From the IMG/VR virus record IMGVR_UViG_3300003316_000244, positions 11,191 to 75,190 of that record: a stretch of DNA of 64,000 nucleotides; one strand, written 5' to 3'. Shown here piece by piece: positions 28,380 to 38,853 of this stretch. The notes under the pieces are model-generated. The model was given only the letters and a program-made list of their open reading frames with translations, had not been told where the DNA came from and did not search any database. Position 1 is the stretch's first letter, and the number at the start of each line of letters is the position of its first letter. Made by a program: the position numbers and the translations under genes. The DNA comes from a virus. Taxonomy: Duplodnaviria; Caudoviricetes.

Positions 28380-29309
28380 ATGGATGAAATAGATAAAAAA
28401 GCATATGAAGGTGCTTTAAAAAATTTTTATGCAAACAGACCAACAACTGGTAATCAACAAAGTAATATTGGCATAGAAGAAAAGTCACAAGCAGCATCTT
28501 CTATAAGTGTTCCATCTATTAATAAAATGGATCAATTAGATTTTGAAAAAAGATTAACACAAAATACTGATCCAGATTTAAGTGTTGGATATGAAATAGT
28601 TAAATTTCCATCAAAAGGAATGTTTTACAGTAATGGTATTTCAGAAGTTGTAGTAGAATATATGACATCAAAAGATGAAGATATATTATCAACACATTCA
28701 TTAATTGAAAATAATACAGTATTTGATATTTTATTAAAAAATAAAATTAAAACACAAGGTATTGATGTTGATGATCTTCTTATTGGTGATAAAAATGCAA
28801 TTCTATTATTTTTAAGAGCATCATCTTATGGTAAAGATTATGAAGTTAAAGTAAAAGACCCAAGAAATGGTATTTATTTTAATAGTAAAGTAGATTTAAC
28901 ATTACTTAAACATAGAGAAATCAAAGAAAAACCAGACCATAAAATGGAATATGTTTTTGAACTTCCTATAAGAAAAAAAATGGTTAAATTTAGAATGCTC
29001 ACAAGTAAAGAATTAGAAACTTTACTTAAAACAGCACAAAATAAAAAAGAAGCATACGGTACACCTTATAATGAATTCAATAGTCTTAAATTAAAAAGTG
29101 AAATTGTTGAAATTAATGGTAATAGAGATAAAACATATATTAATAAATTTGTTGATGCAATGCCAATTAAAGATTCAATTGAATTAAAAAAGAAAATTTT
29201 TGAAGTAACTCCAGATATTGATACCACATATACCTTTAAAACTAGTGATGGTTATGAATTTGATGGCTATGTTAGCATTGGTATAGATTTTTTTTTCCCC
29301 TTCAACTAG
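28380..29309 (+). CDS. Tail/baseplate-hub assembly chaperone (gpG / T4 gp26-like)
   Basis: FPSKGMFY..MTSKDEDIL..LLIGDKNAILLFLRASSYG; upstream of tape measure; ends in GIDFFFP slippery run. Confidence 0.7.
   Translation: MDEIDKKAYEGALKNFYANRPTTGNQQSNIGIEEKSQAASSISVPSINKMDQLDFEKRLTQNTDPDLSVGYEIVKFPSKGMFYSNGISEVVVEYMTSKDEDILSTHSLIENNTVFDILLKNKIKTQGIDVDDLLIGDKNAILLFLRASSYGKDYEVKVKDPRNGIYFNSKVDLTLLKHREIKEKPDHKMEYVFELPIRKKMVKFRMLTSKELETLLKTAQNKKEAYGTPYNEFNSLKLKSEIVEINGNRDKTYINKFVDAMPIKDSIELKKKIFEVTPDIDTTYTFKTSDGYEFDGYVSIGIDFFFPFN
29288..29297 (+). other. Candidate -1 programmed frameshift site (T9-C)
   Basis: T TTT TTT / T TTT TTC heptamers; the -1 frame is open into 29327..29521. Confidence 0.65.
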
Positions 29310-29326
29310 CAGATCAATATAAAAAA

Positions 29327-29521
29327 ATGATAAAAGATGAGTGTTATGTTCTTGCCAAACATGGACACTTAGGTTCCATACAAGAAGTTCAAAAACTTCC
29401 AGTATGGGAAAGAAGATATTATTTATATAAATTAAATGAAGAAGCAATTATGCAAAAAGAAGCTCATGAAAAAGCACAAAGAGCAGCAAATAATAAAAGG
29501 ACTTCTTTTAAAAGAAGATAA
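29327..29521 (+). CDS. gpT-like tail chaperone C-terminal segment, probably made as a frameshift fusion
   Basis: SIQEVQKLPVWERRYYLYKL; lies in the -1 frame of 28380..29309, directly before the tape measure. Confidence 0.6.
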   Translation: MIKDECYVLAKHGHLGSIQEVQKLPVWERRYYLYKLNEEAIMQKEAHEKAQRAANNKRTSFKRR

Positions 29522-29561
29522 AAGATATTGATCCTTGTATTTATATAAAATTATATAATTC

Positions 29562-32156
29562 ATGGCAAAAACTCCGGGTAAATCTCAACAAATAAGAGAT
29601 GCTGCTGAAAGACTAATAAAACAAAAACTTGAAGAAATTGAATTAAATAAAAAAATAATTGATTCTTTAGGTTATATTAATGAAAAAGAGAGAGAAAGAC
29701 AAAAACTTGCTTTAGACCTTGAAGCTGCACAGGAAAGATATAATAGTTTATATAAGCTATATGAGTTAAATTTTAATCAATTAGATGGTAGACAAAAAAA
29801 AGCATTAACTAAAACTCTTGCAGATTTAGATAAACAGAGAAAATTATTAATAGAAATTAGTAAAGTTGAAAAACAGAGAGTTGAAAATGCTGAAAAATTA
29901 GGTAAAATGCTTGCAGGAATTATTGTTCCTGCAACAAAAAGTTTTTGGACTTATCTACAGAATAGTGATAAAGCTATGAAAACACTTAACCTTAATATGG
30001 GTAAGTTTGGTACTGGTGCAGATATAGTTAGTAAAAATCTACAACAATCATCTATGTTTGCAGCAAGTTTAGGAGTATCTGTAGAAGAACTTGCTAAAAT
30101 GCAACAAGGATATTCTGATGAATTAGGAAGAGCTGTTATTCTAACAGAAAATCAATATAAAGCAATTACTGAAATAGCTAAAGGTACTGCATTAGGTGTT
30201 GAAAATGCAACTAATTTCGCTGCTCAATTAGATTTAATTGGTGGCAATGCAGAAAATGCAAGAGATATAATTGAAGGTGTTGCAGATGCAACCCAAAGAA
30301 TGGGTCTTAATACTGGAAAAGTATTAAAAGATATGAATACCAATTTTAAATTAATAACAAAATATAATTTTAAACAAGGTGTTAGAGGTATAACTGATAT
30401 GGCAATGTATGCTGCAAAATTCAGAGTAGATATACAAGATGCAGTAGATTCAACAGAAAAAGCCAGAACATTAGAAGGTGCAGTTGATTTAGTTTCAAAA
30501 CTACAAGTTTTAGGTGGACAATTTGCCAAATCTGACCCATTTGAAATGCTTTATTTATCAAGAAATGACCCAGCACAATATACAAAAAAATTAAATGAAA
30601 TGACTAAAGGTATGGCAGCATTAGTTAAAACTGCAGATGGTTTTGATTTTAATGTATCAGCTTTAGATCGTGATCGTTTAAGACAATTTGCTGAAGCAAC
30701 AGGTCAAGATTTTGGAAAAGTAATGGAACAAGCATTGCGTCAAGGTCAAATTAGTGCAATAAAAAAAGAATTATTTGGTAAAAATTTAAAAAAAGAAGAT
30801 AGAGAATTCATTGAAAATTTAGCAATTCTTGATAAGAAAACAGGCAAATTTTTAATTAATGATAAAGATATTTCCAAACTTACTGAAAAGGAAATTGAAC
30901 AAATGAAAGGACAAAAAGCTACTTTAGAAGAAAGAGCAAAAGCTGCTCAAAATTTTAATGAAGCATTATTGAATACTTTAAATGAATTAAAAGCAGCAAT
31001 GCTTCCATTACTTAATGTTATTAATAAAGGTCTTGAATGGTTTAATGAATTTAGAGGTGGTATTAGTGAAACAACCAAAAAAGTTGCTGGAATGATATTG
31101 GGTGGTGGTACTTTATTATTAGGTGGTGCTAAAATTTTATTAAATGTTGTTGGTGGTTTAAAAACAGTAATTAAAGGGCTTGGAAGTGCAAAAGGATTAG
31201 CTTCAGGTTTTTTTGGAGTAAATAAAAAGGGTGGAGGTGTTACTGATATTTTAACTAAGTCAACAACATCAGTAACACAAGCTAGTGGTAATGCTGGATC
31301 ATCTGGTGGAGGTGCATTTGATAAAATGTTTGGAAAAGCAAGTCCAGCAAAAATAAATAGTTATGGTAAAGCATTTACAGGACTTGGTGTTGCAGCAGCA
31401 GGTGCAGGTGTTGGTATAGGAGCTGCAGCTTTTGGAATATCAAAATTAGCAGAATCAATGAAAGAACTTAATGGAACACAAATTGCAGGGTTAGCTGCAG
31501 TAGTGTTAGCTATTGGTGGTGCTATGTCATTAGTATTAGTTCCAGCAATATATGCTATTGGTGCAGCAGGTACTGCTGGTGCTGTTGGTTTATTAGCTAT
31601 TGGTGGTGCTGCATTAATGATAGGTGCTGGTATTGGTGTTGCTGCAGCAGGTATTGGTTATTTAGCAACAGGTGTAGGTGATTTACTAGAATCTGCTTCA
31701 AAAGTTAATCCTAAAGATATTTTAACAATAGCAGGAGCAATAGGTGGTATTGGTATAGGAATAAGTACAATGGGTAATCCACTTGCAATATTAGGAACTG
31801 CTAATTTAATGGGTATATTAAGTCTTTTAGAGAGTAAAGGGAATGTTGCAGAAACAGCAAATTCGATAAATAGTATGATTACCGCATTAAAAGGTAGTGG
31901 TGATGATTTAAAAACATTAGAATCTGTTCTAAAAAATATATCTAGTATGGAAGTTGGTGATGATTCTGTAGTTTCAAAACTTGCTTCATTATTTGATAAA
32001 CCTTTGAAAGTTGAATTTGCACAAAAAGATGTTGGATTAAATGTTAATGTAGATTTATTTATGGATAAAGAAAAAGTTGCAAGATCACTTAATTTAGCCA
32101 AACGTGTTGAATTACAACAAGTAGAACAAAAAAATGGTAAAGGTTCTGCTAGATAA
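29562..32156 (+). CDS. Tape measure protein
   Basis: 864 aa, coiled-coil N-terminus, Gly/Ala-rich hydrophobic repeats, position after chaperones. Confidence 0.8.
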   Translation: MAKTPGKSQQIRDAAERLIKQKLEEIELNKKIIDSLGYINEKERERQKLALDLEAAQERYNSLYKLYELNFNQLDGRQKKALTKTLADLDKQRKLLIEISKVEKQRVENAEKLGKMLAGIIVPATKSFWTYLQNSDKAMKTLNLNMGKFGTGADIVSKNLQQSSMFAASLGVSVEELAKMQQGYSDELGRAVILTENQYKAITEIAKGTALGVENATNFAAQLDLIGGNAENARDIIEGVADATQRMGLNTGKVLKDMNTNFKLITKYNFKQGVRGITDMAMYAAKFRVDIQDAVDSTEKARTLEGAVDLVSKLQVLGGQFAKSDPFEMLYLSRNDPAQYTKKLNEMTKGMAALVKTADGFDFNVSALDRDRLRQFAEATGQDFGKVMEQALRQGQISAIKKELFGKNLKKEDREFIENLAILDKKTGKFLINDKDISKLTEKEIEQMKGQKATLEERAKAAQNFNEALLNTLNELKAAMLPLLNVINKGLEWFNEFRGGISETTKKVAGMILGGGTLLLGGAKILLNVVGGLKTVIKGLGSAKGLASGFFGVNKKGGGVTDILTKSTTSVTQASGNAGSSGGGAFDKMFGKASPAKINSYGKAFTGLGVAAAGAGVGIGAAAFGISKLAESMKELNGTQIAGLAAVVLAIGGAMSLVLVPAIYAIGAAGTAGAVGLLAIGGAALMIGAGIGVAAAGIGYLATGVGDLLESASKVNPKDILTIAGAIGGIGIGISTMGNPLAILGTANLMGILSLLESKGNVAETANSINSMITALKGSGDDLKTLESVLKNISSMEVGDDSVVSKLASLFDKPLKVEFAQKDVGLNVNVDLFMDKEKVARSLNLAKRVELQQVEQKNGKGSAR

Positions 32157-32190
32157 TTATTATTTTTTTTGATATGGGTATTTAGTATAA

Positions 32191-35076
32191 ATGGCAAGTG
32201 GTTTATTAAATAGTGATATATCTAAAAATATTAGAGAAAATGCATTAAAAAGGAATCTTTTTACTGTTAATAGTCCTTATGAAATTGATAATCCTAAATT
32301 AATTAATACAATTAATACTATAGCAAACATTATTAATCCGGGTAATGCTTTTGATATAACAAATACAATAATTGGTAGATCATTACAATTAGGACCACAA
32401 ACACCCTTAGTTCAAATAGGTAATAGACAATTACTATCAGCATTTACAAAACAAATTGCCCGTCTCGCAGTAACTAATGTATTGCCAACTGTAAGTATAA
32501 CAAATTTATTTGATGGTGATCCAACAACAAAACTTATCACATTAAAAGAAGATTATGATATTACTGTCGATCAAAGTCAAACAAAATTACAAAGATTTAT
32601 AAATGAAATAACTGGAATACAAAGTAATTCTACACCTTTTAATAAAGATAGTACAAATATTGACTATGTAAATAATACAGGTAAAGGACAATTGAATTTA
32701 ATGATTTCTCTATTGAATAGAAATTATTATAGACCAAGTAATCCTAATTTTATTCAAGCTTTAAATAATAAAGGATTAAAATTAGGATCAATTAATGGTC
32801 CTATTGTTGCAAAGAAATTTATAGATGAAAAAAATTTAGGTGATTTTCCTGAAGCGTTAACTGTTAATACAACATTATCATTTAATGAAGCAGCTTTAAG
32901 ACAAAGAAATCAAGATAGAATTGATGGAAATGAATATGGTGTAAGTAAAGAATCTATCGCAGATTTTGGTAAAACAAATGTTTTTATTAAAACTGAAGAT
33001 TTATTATCTCCATTAAAATATGGTCATAGTGATGTAACAGGTGATACTATTACTTGGGGTTCTGACGATTTATTATCTTCATTAGATAATAAATTTTCAG
33101 CAAGAAAAGGTCTTTTAACTAAAACAGATGCTTTAATTAAAGCTCTTGGTAATAAAAAGTTTGCATCATTTGATCAAACACAAAAAAGATTGGTTGATAA
33201 AGATGGAACACCTCATTTTAATGGTACACCATTCAGACAACATACTAAAATAGATCAATATGATAGATTTGAAAAAGCAATAAGATTTGTTGGTAATCAA
33301 ATGTATAACGGTAATTCTAATAGTGTTGTAAATAAAACAGTTATACCTAAATTTCATCCTATTAGAGAAGGTCAAAATTTTAATAATAGAAATTTAATGT
33401 TTAGTATTGAAAATTTAGCCTATGTAATTAATAGTGATGGAGATACTGGTATACCATTAGAAACTAGTTCAGATATTAATAATAATGTAACCAGAGTAAC
33501 AAAAACATTAAAAGTACCAAAAACTGAAATTGGTGATAATGGAGGTAGATTAATGTGGTTTATGCCATATGATTTAAAAATAGCTGAAAATGCTATAGCT
33601 AAACATGAAACAACACAATTTATTGGAAGAGGAGAACCGATATATACATATAGTAATTCTGAACGAACTGCAACTCTTAGTTTTATAGTGTTAATCGATT
33701 ATCCACCGCAAGTATATGGTAGAGATCATAATGAAATTGCAAGATTTTATGCAATGGGTGGTACTGGAACAACTACTTTTAATAAAGTTAGTGATGATGA
33801 TATTAGTAATAAAAAGAAAAGAATTCAAGATTTAAAAAATCAGAAAGATCAAATTAAACCTAAACAAGAAGCAGTTACTCCAGATTTATCTTTTACTAGA
33901 AAAGAAATTTCATTTTACTATCCAAATGATTATCCAAGACCGGGAGATAGTTTAAGTTCTAGCATAACATCAATAATCGCACTTGGATATGAAGATGGAA
34001 GTCCAAGTCCAATAGATTCAAATGTTAAAGGAGATACAGGATTAAATAAAAATTTTGTTGATTCAATTGATTCATTAATTAATAATGACTTAACTGATGA
34101 TAAGTTAAAATATTATAAAATAACTATAACTGGTAGTGCTACCAAATTACATACTACAGATTATAATTTGGAATTGTCCAAACGTAGAACAGGTGCAATG
34201 AAAAGTTATATCCAACAAAGATATAGAGCAATAAAAGGTAAAGATTTAAATATCAATATAATTGAACAAGCTATTGGTGATAGTCAAAGTAGCCAACAAG
34301 GAGATCAAGCATCAGCTATGTATCTTCCAAATATTAAAACTGAACGTTATGCTAAGATAGTTGTAGAATATAATGGTGCAACTAATAATGCAACTCAAAC
34401 AATATCAGCAGAACAACAAGCACAAATTGATCAAATTAATGAAGATATTGAATCATTAAATACTGAAATAAATGTTGCAGAAAAACAATTATTAAAAAAT
34501 GATTTTGTTCTTAGAAATATAAATGATAAATATCCTAGAGGATTTGAAGATGTTGATACAATATATTCACAAAAAAGAGTAGCACCTGTATTTCATTCAA
34601 CAACTCCAGAAGAATTTCATAGAAGATTAACGTTCTTACAACAATGTACAAGACAAGGTTCTTCTTTAATTAAAAGAACTGTTACAAATGAAGGAATTTT
34701 AACTAGCAAAAATTCTGCATTTGGAAGACCTCCAGTTTGTGTGTTAAGAATTGGAGATTTTTGGCATACTAAAGTCATTATTGATAATGTTTCATATGAT
34801 TATGAAGCTCCTTGGGATCAAAATCCTGAAGGAATGGGTATGCAACCAATGATTGCTAGAATTGATATTGGATTAAAAATTATTGGTGGTCAATCACTTG
34901 ATATTCCTATTGATGCAATACAAAACGCAGAATCATTTAATTATTATGCGAATTCAACATTCAGTAATACTGATGTTTATCAATTAGCAAAAATGATGGA
35001 AGAAGCACAAAGAAAATATAGTGATAGTGCTTTACAAGAGACAAGAAAAACTAAATTTCAAAATAATAGCAAATAA
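32191..35076 (+). CDS. Baseplate/tube-initiator-like protein with an inserted OmpA-like peptidoglycan-binding domain
   Basis: FIGRGEPIYTYSNSERT and PPVCVLRIGDF (tube-like fold motifs); ITGSATK..YNLELSKRR..ERYAKIVVEY (OmpA_C pattern). Confidence 0.6.
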   Translation: MASGLLNSDISKNIRENALKRNLFTVNSPYEIDNPKLINTINTIANIINPGNAFDITNTIIGRSLQLGPQTPLVQIGNRQLLSAFTKQIARLAVTNVLPTVSITNLFDGDPTTKLITLKEDYDITVDQSQTKLQRFINEITGIQSNSTPFNKDSTNIDYVNNTGKGQLNLMISLLNRNYYRPSNPNFIQALNNKGLKLGSINGPIVAKKFIDEKNLGDFPEALTVNTTLSFNEAALRQRNQDRIDGNEYGVSKESIADFGKTNVFIKTEDLLSPLKYGHSDVTGDTITWGSDDLLSSLDNKFSARKGLLTKTDALIKALGNKKFASFDQTQKRLVDKDGTPHFNGTPFRQHTKIDQYDRFEKAIRFVGNQMYNGNSNSVVNKTVIPKFHPIREGQNFNNRNLMFSIENLAYVINSDGDTGIPLETSSDINNNVTRVTKTLKVPKTEIGDNGGRLMWFMPYDLKIAENAIAKHETTQFIGRGEPIYTYSNSERTATLSFIVLIDYPPQVYGRDHNEIARFYAMGGTGTTTFNKVSDDDISNKKKRIQDLKNQKDQIKPKQEAVTPDLSFTRKEISFYYPNDYPRPGDSLSSSITSIIALGYEDGSPSPIDSNVKGDTGLNKNFVDSIDSLINNDLTDDKLKYYKITITGSATKLHTTDYNLELSKRRTGAMKSYIQQRYRAIKGKDLNINIIEQAIGDSQSSQQGDQASAMYLPNIKTERYAKIVVEYNGATNNATQTISAEQQAQIDQINEDIESLNTEINVAEKQLLKNDFVLRNINDKYPRGFEDVDTIYSQKRVAPVFHSTTPEEFHRRLTFLQQCTRQGSSLIKRTVTNEGILTSKNSAFGRPPVCVLRIGDFWHTKVIIDNVSYDYEAPWDQNPEGMGMQPMIARIDIGLKIIGGQSLDIPIDAIQNAESFNYYANSTFSNTDVYQLAKMMEEAQRKYSDSALQETRKTKFQNNSK

Positions 35077-35078
35077 TA

Positions 35079-35390
35079 ATGGCATTAGATGATTATAATA
35101 GATATGGTTTATATAAGAAAGATTCAATTATTGAACAACCACCTTTTATTGACATTTCAGTAAATCCAGCAGATAAATATGAAGAATGGAATGAGGGTAC
35201 AAGTAGATTGGATAAAATTTCTTTAAAATATTATAATAATCCATTATATGATTGGCTTATATTAATGGCAAATCCTTCTTATTTAATTGAATTTGATATT
35301 CCCGATGGAACTATTATTAGAATACCATTTCCATTAGAAAGAGCTTTAGGTGAATTTAGAACCAAGAGTGTTAGAAAAACAGAACTATAA
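35079..35390 (+). CDS. Baseplate wedge protein (gp53/LysM-like)
   Basis: SRLDKISLKYYNNPLYDWLILMANP..IPDGTIIRIP. Confidence 0.75.
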   Translation: MALDDYNRYGLYKKDSIIEQPPFIDISVNPADKYEEWNEGTSRLDKISLKYYNNPLYDWLILMANPSYLIEFDIPDGTIIRIPFPLERALGEFRTKSVRKTEL

Positions 35391-35399
35391 AAAATATAG

Positions 35400-36092
35400 T
35401 TAAACTACTTTAATTGGCAAATATTCAGCATAATTTTGAATTAATTTTAATCTATTATTTTCCCATTCTTGATTTACCATCCCTACTGACTGATGTAGTA
35501 TTCTGATATCAGTTATTACACCAATTTTTATTTTATCAATAAAATTATCTAATGAAAAGCTTATATCGTACATATGAAATCCTTTAAAGTTTTCATTAAA
35601 TTCCCAATTGCTAATATCTGGATTAACAGCAATAAATACACCATCAATAACTGCAACTTCTTTAATATTTTTTATTTCGTATGAAAATCTGGTTGTCCAT
35701 TCTTTAAAACCATCAGTATGATCAACAATTCCATAACAAGTTGCTTTATTATTCCACCAAATACCATTTTCAGTTAATTCAGTGCTACCAGCCAATCCAA
35801 TAACACCAAATTCAGGATTAGACATAAATTTATTTATTAAAATTTTACCCCAATTTTTTGTTTTAAATTCAATATCATTATGACAGTAAACAATAATATC
35901 ATCATCTCTATCTGTTTCAAAATACCTAGAATATCCAATATTATATGCTTCGGAAAGAGAGTATTGATTATAATTTTCAACACATATTATTTGAATGTCA
36001 TCAATTCCTGAAGTTTTTTTTATTTTTTCCTTGAAAATATTGTCATATTCTTTTCCTTTGTGTGAACTAAAAATTACTGTTAAACTTTTCAT
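35400..36092 (-). CDS. GT-A fold glycosyltransferase (GT2-like)
   Basis: IIVYCHNDIEF, VIGLAG, VAVIDGVFIAV, FHMYDISFSL. Confidence 0.75.
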   Translation of the reverse strand: MKSLTVIFSSHKGKEYDNIFKEKIKKTSGIDDIQIICVENYNQYSLSEAYNIGYSRYFETDRDDDIIVYCHNDIEFKTKNWGKILINKFMSNPEFGVIGLAGSTELTENGIWWNNKATCYGIVDHTDGFKEWTTRFSYEIKNIKEVAVIDGVFIAVNPDISNWEFNENFKGFHMYDISFSLDNFIDKIKIGVITDIRILHQSVGMVNQEWENNRLKLIQNYAEYLPIKVV

Positions 36093-36128
36093 GATATTAT
36101 TAAAACGTAATTTGTTTTAAAAAATGTA

Positions 36129-36160
36129 TTTGATTTTAAATAAAAAAAATATTAAATTTG
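36129..36160 (+). promoter_or_regulatory. Bacteroidota housekeeping promoter TTTG-N20-TAAATTTG
   Basis: Exact consensus match, 19 nt before 36180. Confidence 0.7.
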
Positions 36161-36179
36161 TTTGTTTTAATAATTAAAA

Positions 36180-36545
36180 ATGTATAATAAAGAAACGATA
36201 AAAAAAATATTTCTTGATGAAATTGAAAAATTTAAAATTATTAGATATAAAATTATGATTAATAATTTAAAATTAACAATCCACTCAAATAAATTACATC
36301 AATCATTAATTGATAATTCATATTATTTTCATGGAAGAAGTGGAAAAGAATGGATTTTTGAATATTATAAAAAATATGAAACATTTTATTCGTATGATAA
36401 TGATTTTTTTTCAAAAATAAATAAAAATGAATTTGAAATTAATTTTGAAGAAATTTTTAAAATCATGGAAATTATTTTAAAAGAAACTTTTAATTTTAAA
36501 GAAAAAACAAATTTTATTGCTAGTATTAAAAATCCTTTAGAATAA
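36180..36545 (+). CDS. Dispersed ~110-aa paralog family, member 5
   Basis: NLKLTIHSNKLHQSLIDNSYYFHG..WIFEYYKKY..FFSK..EEIFKIMEIILKE. Confidence 0.65.
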   Translation: MYNKETIKKIFLDEIEKFKIIRYKIMINNLKLTIHSNKLHQSLIDNSYYFHGRSGKEWIFEYYKKYETFYSYDNDFFSKINKNEFEINFEEIFKIMEIILKETFNFKEKTNFIASIKNPLE

Positions 36546-36553
36546 ATTAAAAT

Positions 36554-37186
36554 ATGATAAATGTTTATGAATATGATGGAGAATTTCCAGTTAGTGTTAT
36601 AGTTCCTCTATCTGAAAAAAGAAAAAATTTTTTTAATCAGTTTACCCTTCCTTCCATTGAAGGAATGGGAGTGAAAGAAATAATTATTAATGATAATTTT
36701 GGTGGGGCATGTAAAAAAAGAAATGATGGAGCAAAGAAAGCAACACAACCATTCATATTATTTAGTGATGATGATTTAATATTTCCTGTTGATTTTATAA
36801 AAAAAGGATTAGAGACATTAGAAAAAAATCCAAATAAAGGATATGCATATTCTGGTTATGATGGAATTGTTATGGATTATAGAACTCATCCATTAAAACA
36901 AAATTTTACAATACCATCCATTCCATTCAATGGACCCCAATTGAAAAAGGGAAATTATATCTCAACAATGTCACTTTTAAAAAAAGAATATTTTTTTGGA
37001 TTTGATGAAAATCTTAAAAGATTTCATGATTGGGATTTGTGGTTAACTCTTCTCTCAAAAGGTATTGAAGGAATATGTGTACCAGAAATGAAATTTTTGG
37101 CATTTTATTTAGATGAAGGAATTACTTCAAATACTAATAACGAAATGAATGCATTATTAGCTATTAAAAATAAACATAATATATAA
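36554..37186 (+). CDS. GT2-family glycosyltransferase
   Basis: VSVIVP, KRNDGAKKA, FILFSDDD, FHDWDLWL. Confidence 0.85.
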   Translation: MINVYEYDGEFPVSVIVPLSEKRKNFFNQFTLPSIEGMGVKEIIINDNFGGACKKRNDGAKKATQPFILFSDDDLIFPVDFIKKGLETLEKNPNKGYAYSGYDGIVMDYRTHPLKQNFTIPSIPFNGPQLKKGNYISTMSLLKKEYFFGFDENLKRFHDWDLWLTLLSKGIEGICVPEMKFLAFYLDEGITSNTNNEMNALLAIKNKHNI

Positions 37187-37188
37187 AT

Positions 37189-37779
37189 ATGAATAGTAAG
37201 CAATTAAAAGTAAAAAGTTTTTCTTTTTTAGAAAATGAAAAAGAATCAGTGTTTTTAAAAATTAAAAATAAATTTAAAAATTTAATTTATTTTTGGTATG
37301 ATATAAAATACGGTGTTCGAAATTTAATAAAGTGGTTTCCAATTATTTGGAAAGATAGAAATTGGAATCATGAAAACATATATAGTATTCTAATAAAAAA
37401 ATTAGAATTACAAAGAGATTCAATAAAAAAAAATGACAGATTTGTAAATGTTGAAGAAGTTGTTAAAGATATGACATATGTTATTGATTTACTTAAGAAA
37501 TCAAATAATGAATGGGATAATTATTTAAACCCTTTTTATCAAATGCATGATAAAAAATGGGGAGAAAATGAATTTTATTTTGAAGAAATTAAAGAAGGTA
37601 AAAATAAAGGTTACTTTGATGTAAAATCAACAAGAGAAGATAGATTATCACCAGAAGAAAATGAAATTGAAAATAAAGAATTAATAGATGGATTGAATAA
37701 AATCAATGAAGAAAGACGTAAAGATTTACTTGATGCATTAACATTTATGGCTAATAAAAGTGATGAATGGTGGGATTGA
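37189..37779 (+). CDS. Hypothetical protein
   Basis: 196-aa ORF in operon. Confidence 0.6.
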   Translation: MNSKQLKVKSFSFLENEKESVFLKIKNKFKNLIYFWYDIKYGVRNLIKWFPIIWKDRNWNHENIYSILIKKLELQRDSIKKNDRFVNVEEVVKDMTYVIDLLKKSNNEWDNYLNPFYQMHDKKWGENEFYFEEIKEGKNKGYFDVKSTREDRLSPEENEIENKELIDGLNKINEERRKDLLDALTFMANKSDEWWD

Positions 37780-37794
37780 TTTTAGTATTTATTA

Positions 37795-38853
37795 TTGATG
37801 AGAAGAATTATAAAAAAACAAAATGAAAATAAAAAAAGTAAATTAGTACGACTTATAAAATCTGTAAATAATAATGTTATAACAACAAAAAAAAGAAAAA
37901 TAAATACAAATAATGAAGTTAAAGAAGAAATAAAGAATAGGATAGTAAAAAATAACAATTCATTATTAATTAATAATAAATTAAATATTAATGCTTTGAA
38001 TAAGTCAAAGTTAACCAAATTAGAACAGCGTATTGCAGCATCGGTTACCAATACTCCACCAGAAATTAAAACTAATAATTCAAATAATAAGTTTGATGAA
38101 AGAATTAATAATTCTGTTGTATCTAAACAAATTATTAAGGATGAAATATCATATGATGCAATAATTATGATTTCATCCTATAATAGATATAAAAAACTTC
38201 TTTCAATATTAAATCAACTTTTTACACAAGAAACTAAATTTTTATTTAAAGTTATAGTTTATAATGATGGATCAACAGAAAATTATGATGAATTACCCAT
38301 ATTATTTCCTCAAATAAATTTTATTAATGGAAAAATAAATAATGGAAAGAAAAAATATTGGGAAAGTATTACTAGACTTTGGAAAGAAATAAAATCACAT
38401 TATAATACTAGAACAGTAATTCAAATTGATGATGATTTTATTCTTTGTGAAAATTTTATTGATACTGTAATAGATTTTTTCATGGAAAAAGTGAAAATAA
38501 ATCCAAACGTGATGGCTATATCTTATCATGTTAATCCTGATTATAAACAAAAAAGATGGGGTTTTGATGATTGGGTTGATGGTGGTGCATTATATAGTGA
38601 TAGATTTTTAAAAAAAATAGATTATGCTGTTGAGCCTATTTCAGAAAAAAGATGGGAATCAAATCCTAAACTCAGTTCTGGTGTATGGCATCAAATAACC
38701 AAGAAAATACATCAGTTTGGTGGAGTAATAGTAACACCTGAGACTTCAATGGCATATCATGATGGTAATGAAGATTCTATGATGAATTCAAATATTAGAA
38801 AATTAACTCATATTAAAACAAAAAATTTTAAAGATGGTAACAGTAATTCTTAA
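37795..38853 (+). CDS. GT2-like glycosyltransferase with K/N-rich N-terminal extension
   Basis: IMISSYNR, VYNDGST, IQIDDDF. Confidence 0.75.
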   Translation: MMRRIIKKQNENKKSKLVRLIKSVNNNVITTKKRKINTNNEVKEEIKNRIVKNNNSLLINNKLNINALNKSKLTKLEQRIAASVTNTPPEIKTNNSNNKFDERINNSVVSKQIIKDEISYDAIIMISSYNRYKKLLSILNQLFTQETKFLFKVIVYNDGSTENYDELPILFPQINFINGKINNGKKKYWESITRLWKEIKSHYNTRTVIQIDDDFILCENFIDTVIDFFMEKVKINPNVMAISYHVNPDYKQKRWGFDDWVDGGALYSDRFLKKIDYAVEPISEKRWESNPKLSSGVWHQITKKIHQFGGVIVTPETSMAYHDGNEDSMMNSNIRKLTHIKTKNFKDGNSNS

